Assembly (NCBI GenBank): GCA_902386385.1
Contig: CABMIU010000048.1
Location: forward strand, 1 to 49,309
Length of the DNA stretch: 49,309 bases
Origin: an uncultured archaeon
Lineage (GTDB): Archaea > Iainarchaeota > Iainarchaeia > Iainarchaeales > Iainarchaeaceae
Direction of reading: 5' to 3'
Shown: piece after piece, positions 1 through 9,848 of the stretch
Layout: each line of letters opens with the position of its first letter
Position numbering within the stretch: the stretch's first letter is position 1
Notes under the pieces: generated by a model
The model's input: only the letters and a program-made list of their open reading frames with translations
Told to the model about the DNA's origin: nothing
Databases searched by the model: none
Translations under genes and position numbers: made by a program

Positions 1-122
1 AGGACCCCTCGCCATTTATGGCGAGGTTTTTGCTCGGGGCCCTTTCAACGGTTTGACAAATGAAATATTGGCGTATTATTCAGTTTTGTCAAACCGTTGC
101 CGTTGACGGCTTTTTATGAGAC
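1..122. repeat. 122-bp palindrome-rich direct repeat, copy 1 (identical to 49188-49309)
   Basis: Exact match to the window end. Hairpins at 7-26 (CCTCGCCAT/ATGGCGAGG), 46-99 (15-bp stem CAACGGTTTGACAAA/TTTGTCAAACCGTTG) and 99-110. Confidence 0.95.
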
Positions 123-189
123 CCCGCCAACCCAGTTCCCTGCGGGAACCCCGTTGACGGAAATGCTTCGCAGGGCTTCAGCCCGCGGT

Positions 190-400
190 GCTCAGGCTCA
201 TGGCCTTCCTTGCTCAAGGTAAACAGGCTCGGCCTTTTCCGTTTTTTACCATGACAAACTCCGCCCCTATGAGCCCCTTCAATTTTTCAGAGAGCGCCTC
301 GGGGTCACGTTAACTTCCTTTTGCAGTGGCCGAACGGAACACCCGGGTTGTCCCTGTACAAAACCAGCATTTTCTTCAGGGAAATCAGGTCTTGGAAAAA
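190..400 (-). pseudogene. Degenerate winged-helix (HxlR/ArsR-like) regulator remnant
   Basis: Minus-strand fragments in shifted frames: MLVLYRDNPGVPFGHCKRKL / ALSEKLKGLIGAEFVMVKNGK / LFTLSKEGHE, resembling the HxlR 'LSxxLxxL...Y/FxLTxxG' pattern. Confidence 0.3.
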
Positions 401-522
401 GTCAAGGGGTTTTTTTGTTTCCATGTGTTTATTCACAGCCAGAGAAATTAAATCCTTTTTGGGCAAAGTCAAAAATAATGGCCATGCTTAAGTTTAATTG
501 CCTTTTGAACCGGTTTTCAGTC

Positions 523-1249
523 ATGGTAAAACATCCCGCTGGAAGACTCCTGCGCAGGTCTCTGAACCGCCTCAATAAGAGCCTGCCCATGCGGATTTCA
601 ACACAAAAACCCCGCGAAGGCAGGGCGGAACTGCTTTCAATTAGGGAAAGGCTAAGGGGGAAAAGTGTGCGGGAAATCCGAAGTGAAATGAGGGACGCAA
701 TGTTGCCATTGCATAAAAAGGAAGAGCGCCTGATACGATATCCGAGAATAAAGACGGAAGGTCTGCTTACTATGGAAGAAGCAAAGGATTCGATTTTGGG
801 CTATGCCTTTGGACTGCAGGAAAAATTCCCATTTGAAATGCGTTTTGCCAGGCGAACGGATAAAGACAAGGCGAATGAGCTTGTCCAGCAAAAGCTCTGC
901 ATAAAATTCATTGCCAATGCCGCGTGCGAACTCGGGGGGGGTGCCAGAAGCAGCGAGATTGAATACAATTGCTTTGGTTGATTCGCTCTCGAGATATGCT
1001 GATGAAAAATACAAGCGAGGCGCTGAGTACAAAATCCGGGTTAACCCCAATGTGGCTGAATTAAAACTCATTTTACAAATCGGGGGGCAGAACTTGGCCG
1101 TGATTTATGGCGAATTGAGAAAATTCGAGCAGGAACTTGTCGATCCGCATATTAATATAATTGCAAATGAATTATTCTCCGCCAGCCTTCGCTGCCCTTA
1201 TCATACAATTTACTGGAGTCTGCTCCTCGCGAAAACATTTTTGAGGTAA
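523..1249 (+). pseudogene. Hypothetical protein split by an apparent frameshift in a G8 tract (934-941)
   Basis: ORF from ATG 523 (MVKHPAGRLLRR, TATA-like at 493-499) overlaps ORF 911-1249. Removing one G joins them (ELGGVPEAARL). Confidence 0.5.
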
Positions 1250-1314
1250 TGGTTGGCCTTTACAAAATCCGGCCAGCCCTCGTTTTAAAACGCTTTTCCC
1301 CTGGCTTTCTATTC

Positions 1315-2433
1315 ATGGCTCCGGAGAGCAAGCAAGGCAACAATTTCGGCAGCAAGGGCAGAAATAGAATCGCAGCGAAAAATTCAGCGAAAACAAGCCC
1401 CTGCGAAGAAACGGAATTCCTCTCGCAGATGCAGGTCTCCAAGCTCCGCTCCGCTAAGTATGAGCTTGCCGGTTCCCACTCCGGCGTGCAGGTTTGCTCT
1501 TGGAGCAAGAAGGCCCTGCGCAGGGAAGGCGTGTGCTACAAGCAGAAGTTCTATGGGGTAGAATGTGAGCAGTGCTGCCAGATGTCGCCCGCGGTGCTGT
1601 GGTGCAACGAGAACTGCATTTTCTGCTGGCGGCCAATGGAATGGATGCAGAAGAGAGGCCTTTCCGGGGCAAGCATCGACAGTCCTGAAAAAATAATTTC
1701 CGGTTCAATTGCCGCGAGGAAAAAGCTCCTTTACGGCTTCAAGGGCCTCGAAGTCGTCGGCCCGGAAAGGTTTGAAAAAATCGCCTTCCCTTCGCACTGG
1801 GCTATTTCGCTTTCAGGCGAGCCAACGCTTTACCCGAAAATATGTGAACTCATCGCGGAACTGAAAAAATTGCCCGGGACAAAGAGCGTTTTCCTTGTTA
1901 CCAATGCGCAGGAAACCGGCGTGTTCAGGAAGATGGCAAAAAACTCCGGGTTCCTGCCCTCGCAGCTTTATGTTTCCCTTGACGCGCCTAATGAATCAAT
2001 GTTCAAAAAAGTGAACAGGCCATCTGCAGGGGCCTCGTGGGAAAACCTGTTACGCTCGCTTGAAATTATTTCCGGCATGAAAACACGGAAGGTCGTCAGG
2101 ATAACGCTAATAAAAAATGTCAATGACGACAATGGCCTCATTGGGCAATGGGTTGATGTTATTGGCAGGATGGCCCCTGAGTTCGTTGAAGTAAAATCCT
2201 ATATGCATCTGGGCGAGTCGCGCAAGAGGCTGGGGCGCGAAAACATGCCGTCTTTCAGCGAAGTGATGTCCTGGACAAAGGGCTTTGCAAAGGCCTCTGG
2301 ATATATTGTGAAGGATTCCTCCAGGCCAAGCCGGATTGTGCTCCTGGTGCGCCAAGATTTGGGCGGCAGAAGCACTAAGTTCAAATTCGCGAGGGAAGAA
2401 ATGGCAATAGATGGTGAAGGGATTGACTTTTGA
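1315..2433 (+). CDS. taw1: 4-demethylwyosine synthase (radical SAM, Taw1/TYW1)
   Basis: HSGVQVCSW, CYKQKFYG, CNENCIFCWR (CX3CX2C), AISLSGEPTLY, EVKSYMHLGESRKRL. Confidence 0.95.
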   Translation: MAPESKQGNNFGSKGRNRIAAKNSAKTSPCEETEFLSQMQVSKLRSAKYELAGSHSGVQVCSWSKKALRREGVCYKQKFYGVECEQCCQMSPAVLWCNENCIFCWRPMEWMQKRGLSGASIDSPEKIISGSIAARKKLLYGFKGLEVVGPERFEKIAFPSHWAISLSGEPTLYPKICELIAELKKLPGTKSVFLVTNAQETGVFRKMAKNSGFLPSQLYVSLDAPNESMFKKVNRPSAGASWENLLRSLEIISGMKTRKVVRITLIKNVNDDNGLIGQWVDVIGRMAPEFVEVKSYMHLGESRKRLGRENMPSFSEVMSWTKGFAKASGYIVKDSSRPSRIVLLVRQDLGGRSTKFKFAREEMAIDGEGIDF

Positions 2434-2491
2434 ATCATTTTCCGCTTCCTTCACATTTTTATACAATTAATGCATCTATGTTGTGGTAATC

Positions 2492-3061
2492 ATGGGTTCA
2501 GCGGTTCGCATACTTCCGAGTCGCCTATTTATGGCTTTGGCATTCGTTTCCTTGGCGCTTTCCGTTCTTGCCCCGTTTGCGGAATCTTTTGGCAGCACTG
2601 ACAACGTGCTCGGCATTTCAATAATCCCTGAAAAGACCCTTTACCTCAAAGGCAAGGACCAAAAAATAGTTCTTTCCATCGCGCCTGTGAGGTATAGCGG
2701 GGCCATTCAAGAAGTTCCTGTGACCCTGACAAAGACCGGGCCATCCGGAAGGCGGGAAACAATAGATATTCCCGCGAATCCAGTGCCGGTTGGAACGCCC
2801 GCAGCTCCTTTGTCTTTCACTGCCGAAATGGGCATTGATGGAATGACCGAGCCCGGCGTGTATGTTTTCACTGTTTCCGTTCCGGTGCAGCCCGGGGAAA
2901 CAATTGCCATTGACAATTCAGGCAGTGCCGCGGTCCAGGTTGCGGACAACAGGGGCAGCGCAGTGCCGGAAATTCCTGTTCCGCTGGCCGCAATTGCATT
3001 CACTGCAATAATTGCCATTTTGCGAAAAGCCAAGAAATCAGTGCAGGATGCTCAGCTTTAA
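2492..3061 (+). CDS. Exported Ig/CARDB-like protein with PEF-CTERM-like sorting signal
   Basis: N-terminal hydrophobic signal; GETIAIDN CARDB-like end; C-terminal VPEIP + TM + RKAKK. Confidence 0.65.
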   Translation: MGSAVRILPSRLFMALAFVSLALSVLAPFAESFGSTDNVLGISIIPEKTLYLKGKDQKIVLSIAPVRYSGAIQEVPVTLTKTGPSGRRETIDIPANPVPVGTPAAPLSFTAEMGIDGMTEPGVYVFTVSVPVQPGETIAIDNSGSAAVQVADNRGSAVPEIPVPLAAIAFTAIIAILRKAKKSVQDAQL

Positions 3062-3085
3062 ATAAATCCTGTGCGTCTTATTTGC

Positions 3086-3394
3086 ATGGCTGCTGATGAG
3101 GAAACGACTCTCGAAGGCAATGTGCGCGGCAATGGCTTCTGGACGACAGAGCGCAAGCTCTTTGCCCTGTTTTTCATACTTGGCCTTGCAATAGGGGGTT
3201 TCCTGGTGCACACTTACATTGACCCTGCCTTTTATGGCCTTCAGGCAAAAGACACCAATTCCATCATCGAGGAAAACTCTCGCCTCGATTCGAGGGCCGA
3301 GGAACTGTACAACTGCCTCCTCGAGAACAACATTCCCCCGAGCGTCTGCGGCGCCCCGGATTACAATGGCGAGTACAAGCTGGACGTTTCCTGA
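3086..3394 (+). CDS. Small single-TM hypothetical protein
   Basis: TM segment LFALFFILGLAIGGFLV, short coiled coil, two Cys; TATA-like TTTAAATA at about 3057. Confidence 0.7.
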   Translation: MAADEETTLEGNVRGNGFWTTERKLFALFFILGLAIGGFLVHTYIDPAFYGLQAKDTNSIIEENSRLDSRAEELYNCLLENNIPPSVCGAPDYNGEYKLDVS

Positions 3395-3489
3395 AGGCTC
3401 CTGAAAGTCAATGGGCAATTTGGGCAGTTTATCCACATATATTTGTTTTGTCCATGCAAGGATATGCCGAGCAAGGCCAAAATATCAAG

Positions 3490-4197
3490 CTAGTCGAGTT
3501 GTTTCCTTTTCCTTCCCTTTGCCTCGCGCTTCGGGGCAGGGTGCCTTTCCTTTGCTATTTTTTCCGGCACGTCAATCACGAATTCATCCGCGAGTTCAAG
3601 AGTCGCCCTGTCTTCTTTCTCCCGTGCCTCGACCTTTCCGAGGGTCTTTTCAAGTTCGTTCAGGATTCCGGCCTGCTTCACCTTGTCGAACGCATCCGCT
3701 TCCACTATTTTTTTCAGGGCATGCTCCATTTCGATTAGGCCTGAGTGCATTTCCCCGAACTCTGCCCTGAACTTTGAAAATGCCTTAATGCCAGTCCCCG
3801 CCTTTTTCCCTTTTGCAGGCAGGGCGGCCTTCGCCTCCGAGCCGTGCCATTGTCTGGCATTTTCAGCAAACGCGCGGGAAACCGGGGCGAACAGCTTCTG
3901 GATTTCGTTCTTTTTTGCTAGGCACCCCCCGAAGGCGCTGCGCCGCCCCAATCCGATTATGCCGCCCAGGTTCTCAGTGCAGAAATCGTCAATCTCCCAT
4001 ATTTTTTTGCCTATTGCATTGCAGAGGAAAACCGCGTCAAGGCATGTGCTTATCGCGTCCCTCGCATTTTCATAGTCCTCCTTTGCAACCTCGCCTTTGG
4101 TGTATCTCCTTTCGAGCAGGGCCATGCTGCCTGTGAGAGACTCAGAGAGCAGGGCGAAATCCCGTTCAATTGTTTTTCCCGTGTTGCCTTGGGGCAT
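3490..4197 (-). CDS. Hypothetical helical protein with SHOCT-like N-terminal motif
   Basis: 235-aa ORF; LERRYTKGEVAKEDYE; basic C-terminal tail. Confidence 0.7.
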   Translation of the reverse strand: MPQGNTGKTIERDFALLSESLTGSMALLERRYTKGEVAKEDYENARDAISTCLDAVFLCNAIGKKIWEIDDFCTENLGGIIGLGRRSAFGGCLAKKNEIQKLFAPVSRAFAENARQWHGSEAKAALPAKGKKAGTGIKAFSKFRAEFGEMHSGLIEMEHALKKIVEADAFDKVKQAGILNELEKTLGKVEAREKEDRATLELADEFVIDVPEKIAKERHPAPKREAKGRKRKQLD

Positions 4198-4348
4198 GTT
4201 ACTATTCCATCTTTGGCGGATAAAATGCTTCCCCTTCGCAGAAAATGCCCTTTACCATGGATTGCGGGGTAAGCAACAGCAGAACGCCAATTCAATTAAT
4301 TCGTCAATTGTCGAAATAATTATATTTGTTTGCCTGCCTGCTTTTGTA

Positions 4349-7300
4349 ATGCCTTTGCAAAAGAACAGGTGCATCATCATGCTGCCTGCCGGTGTTTTCC
4401 CTGCCGCTTTTGCAGCCACTGTGCTGATTTTTTTCACGGCTTCCTTCAGCGGCTGCATCGACGTTCCCACAAAGGAAGCGAGGCTAGAGTGCCTCGAGCT
4501 TTCATCCTACCCTTTCCCGAACATCCCTGAATGCTCAACCACTGAACGCTGCTTCTCTGAAGCGGAAACCGCTTTCAGGCTTAACCTGCTGCCTTTCAGC
4601 CATGAAGTTGCTTCAGAACTATTCAGCGCAAAAGGCCATGTTGCCAGTTCATGGCTTTTCATGAACCGCGCAAAGGAAACCCTTCAGGATATCCGTTCTG
4701 AATGCAATTCAGGGTCTTTTGCAAAAATCCCCCAGATGGCAAATGAACTGCGTGCAAATCTCCTGTCCGTGGCGAAAGAAACCGACCTTTTCAGCGAAAA
4801 GGCCTCTAAATCAATTCTTGTCGAGGTGGCAGTGCTAGAAGGCCAGGACATAAATCTAGTGCGCAACCAGCCTCTCTTTGACGATTTCATACTGCTGAAC
4901 CAGAACATAATCGATTTTTCACGCGGAAATTCCTCTTCAGAAACCTATGCCGCGGTTTCCCTCCGCGAGGAAAAAAAATTGAATGGGATAGCCGAAAAGC
5001 TTGGCATGGGGAAAGTGATTCCGGAAAAAAGCGTTTTCAGCCTGCTCGCGGAGAATGATTCGCGGATTGCAAAGCTTTCAGGCCTCAAGGAAAAGGACTT
5101 TCCAATATCCCTGCTGCTGCCGGTTTTCAGCGGCGCATCGCAAATGCTTGACAGTTTCATTGGCATCTCAGACTCTGTCGGGCTTCTGAAAAGGGTGCCG
5201 CCCTCGGAAGTATTTGAGGCGGTTTCAGGCATCATCGGGAAGGAATCTTCTGCCGCAGGCGAATTCTTTGCAATGTTCAGGAATGACTCCGGGCACAGGC
5301 TCGGCCTCGCTGAAAGCAACAGGGAAGAGGCAAAAAGGGCAAGAACCCTCCTTGCAAGCCTTGGGGAAAGGGCAAAAGATGTTTCAGAAAAATCCGGTGG
5401 CGCGGGCAGGTTTTCAGCTGCAGGCATTCCGCGGGATTTTATCCGGCGTTTCAATGAAAATGCTTCGCGAATAGAGGCAGGGCTCCGCTCCGCTGAAGAA
5501 GCCGATTTTTTGAAATCATCCACCCCCGGCAAAGTGTCATGGGAAATTTTCAGGCAAGGCCTCGAAGCGGATTCCCTCGCAGGCGAAGTTGCCGTTGCAG
5601 AGGAAAAGCTTGCATCGGCGTCAGGCTCCTGCGCAGTTGAGCTTGAAAGTGCGAAGGCCGCAATTTCCTCGAAAGGCTTTTCCTCCTCTGGCCCTGTTGC
5701 CGCTGCCCTGCGCGAGAAGCTCTCCTTGTCAATCGAGCGCTTTGAAAAAACAGGCGAATTCAGGCATTGCGAAGATTCATTGGAAACTTTCAGCGAGCTT
5801 TCATCCGCGATTGAAAGCGGCGCCCCGGAGGAATTTGCCTCCAAAAGAATATCTGACTGCTTCTCAAAATGCTCGGGGCTCCTGGCTTTTGATTCCTCGG
5901 GCGAGGCTACTGCCCGGCTCGGTGGCATGATGCGCATTGAAAGGCCTTACAATGACCCGCTCCTCTTGCTGGATTCCTGCAGGGGCCTGATAAGCGTGCT
6001 CGAGCAGTCAGCCAAATCAGGGCATTCTGTTGCAAGGGCGAATTCCCTGTTTTCAGAAGCAAGCCAGAAAACAGGCTTCGCAAAATACATCCTGGAAAAC
6101 TTTGAATGCCTCGCTTCCGGGAAAAAGGCCGAAAAAATTATCGGCGATTTTGCAAGTGCTTCAGAAAAATTCGAAGGCGGCCTGCTGAAACTGGACGGCG
6201 TTTCTCCAGAAAGTGCAGCGGAAACCTCAAAGCTCCTCGAGGGCATACTTTTTGGCATGGATGATGCCCTCCCCCTGCTCGCAAGGGAAGCCTTTGAATG
6301 CAAGGCATCGGTTTCGGAAGCAGCCCTCCCGGGCTTCAAGGGGAAATGCATCCGCATCGCATTGCAGAACAACGGGCTTTCATTGCCGCTGCAATTCTCC
6401 GCAAATTTGCCCATTCCCTCACAGGGCGCGTCAACGGCTTTTTCCACCGGCAACGTTTCATTTGTACAAACGCCTGATGCAAACAAAACAGAATTTAATT
6501 TCTCGTCCCTCGCCGCAGGAATTAATTCAATAATAATTTGCTTTCCCGATGAAGGCGATGCCGCCGATGCCAATGCCCCCGGAGCAAATTCCCCTGTCAT
6601 TGCAGGCGACGGAAATTCCCTGCGCCTCCAGGATAGCAATGGCAGTAATGGGTCGATTGGCGGTTTCGGCAGTTTCCCCGATGAAAACGCTTTTGGCCGG
6701 ATGCAGGCCGCAGCAGCAATAATTTCCGGAAAGGATTCCATTATCCGCGGCGCAGCCGTTCTTGAGCAGGACAGGAACGCCCTTGTGTCATATGGCCTTG
6801 ACATTGAGATGCTTGCCCTTTCAGGAAAGCTTGAACAGGCCGGAAAAGCCCTAAACACGCTCAGGGAAAAGGCAAAGGAAATGGAAGCGAGGAAAGCGGA
6901 TGCAGATTCAGTGAAAGCCGGTGCTGCTGCCGCACTTGGCGCTGCCAATGAGCTGAGCACTGTGTCAGCTGCGCTAAGCCAGAAAACAACCCTGATCGAA
7001 CGCAACTTTTCAGAACTCACAAAAGGCGAGCTGGATTCGATTTATCCTTTCCTGCCGATTTCGCAGGCAAGGCTCAAGGAACTCCGCGGAATAGCTGATG
7101 ATGCGGAAAAGCATTCAGGCCTAGCCGAGAAAATCTCCGCTTTCCTGGATTCGGGCAGGTTCGCGGATGTGTCCAAGCTCGCTGAAAAGGAAGGGCTCGC
7201 TGCAATTGTTGCGTCAGCAAAGGCCGCAAACGAAGAGGCGGGAAAGGCATTGGAGGCAATGGAAAGCTCTGCAGCGTCCTCTTATGCAGCCGCAGACGCA

Positions 7301-7618
7301 ATCCAAAAAAATACTGGTGCCGGAAAGGCTGACTCCGAGGCAGGCCTGCTGAATGCAAAGCTCGCCCTTGAAAGGAAATCCTACCTCAAGTCGATTCTCG
7401 CCTCAAATGCAGTGCAGGAATCAATAGGCTCCGGGATGGCGGCCCTGCCGAGGAATGAAATCCCCCCTGCAGTTTATTTCCTGATAGTGGCAATAGTCGG
7501 TGCAGGCATTTACATTTACCGCAAAACCGGAAAAGGGGAAAAAGGCAAAGGTGAGGGATTGGTTGCTGAACGGCCTGTAAGGGGCATTAGCAATGAAAGC
7601 TGGATGCCGCAGGGTTAA
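4349..7618 (+). CDS. Large membrane-anchored coiled-coil surface protein (possible lipoprotein)
   Basis: Signal ending FSGC (lipobox-like), long Ala-rich helices, paired Cys, C-terminal TM + basic tail. Start uncertain. Confidence 0.75.
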   Translation: MPLQKNRCIIMLPAGVFPAAFAATVLIFFTASFSGCIDVPTKEARLECLELSSYPFPNIPECSTTERCFSEAETAFRLNLLPFSHEVASELFSAKGHVASSWLFMNRAKETLQDIRSECNSGSFAKIPQMANELRANLLSVAKETDLFSEKASKSILVEVAVLEGQDINLVRNQPLFDDFILLNQNIIDFSRGNSSSETYAAVSLREEKKLNGIAEKLGMGKVIPEKSVFSLLAENDSRIAKLSGLKEKDFPISLLLPVFSGASQMLDSFIGISDSVGLLKRVPPSEVFEAVSGIIGKESSAAGEFFAMFRNDSGHRLGLAESNREEAKRARTLLASLGERAKDVSEKSGGAGRFSAAGIPRDFIRRFNENASRIEAGLRSAEEADFLKSSTPGKVSWEIFRQGLEADSLAGEVAVAEEKLASASGSCAVELESAKAAISSKGFSSSGPVAAALREKLSLSIERFEKTGEFRHCEDSLETFSELSSAIESGAPEEFASKRISDCFSKCSGLLAFDSSGEATARLGGMMRIERPYNDPLLLLDSCRGLISVLEQSAKSGHSVARANSLFSEASQKTGFAKYILENFECLASGKKAEKIIGDFASASEKFEGGLLKLDGVSPESAAETSKLLEGILFGMDDALPLLAREAFECKASVSEAALPGFKGKCIRIALQNNGLSLPLQFSANLPIPSQGASTAFSTGNVSFVQTPDANKTEFNFSSLAAGINSIIICFPDEGDAADANAPGANSPVIAGDGNSLRLQDSNGSNGSIGGFGSFPDENAFGRMQAAAAIISGKDSIIRGAAVLEQDRNALVSYGLDIEMLALSGKLEQAGKALNTLREKAKEMEARKADADSVKAGAAAALGAANELSTVSAALSQKTTLIERNFSELTKGELDSIYPFLPISQARLKELRGIADDAEKHSGLAEKISAFLDSGRFADVSKLAEKEGLAAIVASAKAANEEAGKALEAMESSAASSYAAADAIQKNTGAGKADSEAGLLNAKLALERKSYLKSILASNAVQESIGSGMAALPRNEIPPAVYFLIVAIVGAGIYIYRKTGKGEKGKGEGLVAERPVRGISNESWMPQG

Positions 7619-8862
7619 GCCGGGTAATCTTTCTTGAAATAGTAGAAATAAGCGAGCACGCCAAGGCCCGCAAGGGTAAGGAGCAGCGCACCCGCCATTT
7701 CTATTGAAAGCGCCGGCTTCTCGACAAGGATTGTGGTGCCCGGGCAGCTGTACTGTTCCCCCTCATATTCAATCAGGCAGCTTATCTCATAATTTCCGGG
7801 CTGTGTTGCGCCTGCTTCAAACCTGAGTTCCTGCGACTGGCCCTCATTGAGCACTGGGACTTCCTGTGAATCCTGCCCTGAAATCTCCATGCCTGTCCTC
7901 AATGTCACTTTTATGCCGCGCGCCTGCACCCCGGTGTTCTTGAGGACAATCTTCAAAGGCATCTTCTGCCCAGCAACAGCCTTGTCGTTCTCAAGCAGGA
8001 CCTGGCCCGAAACCCTGTTGGAGTCTATTGCCTCTATTGCAGGCCTGTTCGAAATAAACTGTTCCTCCTCGCCGAATGCATTCATGAAAACCATTACAGC
8101 GGGAAGCAGGCTCATTGGCACTGCCTTGTTTGCAACCGCCTTATAGGAAATCCTTAGTTCTCCCGGAACAGCACATTTTCCGCCAGTGGACCATTCCCGG
8201 CACTTTTCCACGACACCTGTCTTCGATGTTTCGCCTCCAAGCACGCTCGCTTCGGGCAATGCCTCCCTGAGATCAATGCGCCTGTAGCTCAGCGAAATCG
8301 GTGCGTCAACGCTGCCAAAGTTCCTTGCGACCGCAATGATGTCAAAAGGGACCTTTACACGGGGCTTTGTAGATTCAAGCTGGAACTCAAGGCCCCCTTC
8401 TTTCGGGAAATAAGGCATCTCATAAAGGCCGAAAGTTGAATCCGCGGTAATCCATATTGAATTTCCAGGGGCCGCCTTGCCGCAAACCCTTATTGTGTTG
8501 TCCCCGACTCTCAGCGTCCCGAAAGGCAGCACAATCCTTGCAACGCCATTCCTGAAATCGGCAGGCCTGTATTCCGCAAAGGCTTCTTTCTGGCTGTTTA
8601 TGAAAAGCGTTATAAGCGGGTTGCCTGCCTCGCTCGGAAGGAACTTTGCCCTGAGCGAGAAAACAGGGAAAATTTCGGCGTTGGTGTCAGCAGGCAATGA
8701 AACATCAAAATCTTTGCAGGAAAAAACATTAGAATCACTTATGTAGAAATCCTGCTTTCCCTGTGATTTGAAGTCCTGCTCGCTTATCGTGGCGGCGCTC
8801 GTTATGTAACCCGCAAGGAGCAGGGCGAAAAGTGCAATGCAATATTTCCAATTATTCCCCAT
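7615..8862 (-). CDS. Exported beta-sandwich (CARDB/BatD-like) protein with C-terminal TM anchor
   Basis: Signal peptide, LKNTG/GNYEI Ig-like motifs, C-terminal TM + KK. Confidence 0.75.
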   Translation of the reverse strand: MGNNWKYCIALFALLLAGYITSAATISEQDFKSQGKQDFYISDSNVFSCKDFDVSLPADTNAEIFPVFSLRAKFLPSEAGNPLITLFINSQKEAFAEYRPADFRNGVARIVLPFGTLRVGDNTIRVCGKAAPGNSIWITADSTFGLYEMPYFPKEGGLEFQLESTKPRVKVPFDIIAVARNFGSVDAPISLSYRRIDLREALPEASVLGGETSKTGVVEKCREWSTGGKCAVPGELRISYKAVANKAVPMSLLPAVMVFMNAFGEEEQFISNRPAIEAIDSNRVSGQVLLENDKAVAGQKMPLKIVLKNTGVQARGIKVTLRTGMEISGQDSQEVPVLNEGQSQELRFEAGATQPGNYEISCLIEYEGEQYSCPGTTILVEKPALSIEMAGALLLTLAGLGVLAYFYYFKKDYPA

Positions 8863-8931
8863 TAATTCCCCTTCCTGTTTATTTGCTATTTGAACTTCCT
8901 AATAATGAGTTCCAAACCACTTAATTAACTT

Positions 8932-9507
8932 TTATTTTTTGCTTTTTCCGGCTTTTTTCTGCATTTTTCTTCTTAATCCCCTTTTTGCGTTTTTTTTTCC
9001 TGCCCCGCTTTTTATTTTTAGCTTCATTTTAGAGCGGAGTTCCACTATTGTTTCGCATAAAGTTTCTTTAATGCTTTTGTTGTTCGCGATTTCGATTATT
9101 TTCGCCTTCGGGTAATTCCTGAGGCAGTGCTTCCTGCAGTAATCAATTCCCTCGCAGAAAACATTGTCCTGCACCTTCTCGTCGCTGTAACCCCTGAGTT
9201 CAAGGCGCGCAGCCAACCTTTCTGGCTCCACTCTCAGCAAAACAACCGAATCCGCCTTTGCCCTTATTTCACATAGCATGTGCCCCTCTATAATCACGTT
9301 GTCGTTCCTTGCAAGGAATTTATTTAGCCGCGTCCCTAGCTTTTCCAGCGGCACGACAAGCTCGTTGTTTTCAGGGTCGAATTCCCCAATCCCTTCAGCC
9401 AATGCGAACTCGCGCTCGTTCACGGCCTTGAAGCCGAGTGCTTCGCCGAGCTTCTTCGCGAGCGTTGTCTTTCCCGTTCCCGGGGTGCCGGTGATGATGA
9501 GGCGCAT
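8932..9507 (-). CDS. Adenylate kinase, AK6/Fap7 family
   Basis: ITGTPGTGKTT P-loop, IIEGH, RLELRGYSDEKVQDN; extra Lys-rich tail. Confidence 0.9.
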   Translation of the reverse strand: MRLIITGTPGTGKTTLAKKLGEALGFKAVNEREFALAEGIGEFDPENNELVVPLEKLGTRLNKFLARNDNVIIEGHMLCEIRAKADSVVLLRVEPERLAARLELRGYSDEKVQDNVFCEGIDYCRKHCLRNYPKAKIIEIANNKSIKETLCETIVELRSKMKLKIKSGAGKKNAKRGLRRKMQKKAGKSKK

Positions 9508-9848
9508 GAGTGAAATTTGCCTGGATTGTAAAATAAAACCGATTGTTGTCCGCATGTGTCCAGGATGTGGCTTATTCCTGCCCTGCAATCCATTTTTCGT
9601 ACTGCTTGTGATTGCCGAAATAAAGCCGCCAAATCTCGAACAGGCTGCAAATAGAACCGCGAAGAAAAGCCAATTTCACGGACTTTAAGCAAAAGCCCTT
9701 AGTCGGAAAACGAAGTTCAATATCTATCATAGCTATAAAGCCATCCCTTCACAGGTGCAAAGCCTGTTTTATGCGGCAAAGCGGGTTTCCAAAAACCAGT
9801 GCTTCCACTGAAGAAAAAGAGTAAGGCGGAGAGGGGAGGAAGGGGTGA

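Noticed and set aside
3490-4197. Vps28/ESCRT-I-like resemblance of the N-terminus
   Set aside because: Limited to a SHOCT-like helix pair; the C-terminal half does not fit. Not supportable without a profile search.
4945-7020. Long antisense ORFs (also 14219-15292, 32951-33727, 34918-35511)
   Set aside because: Ser/Phe-rich shadows of well-supported genes on the opposite strand.
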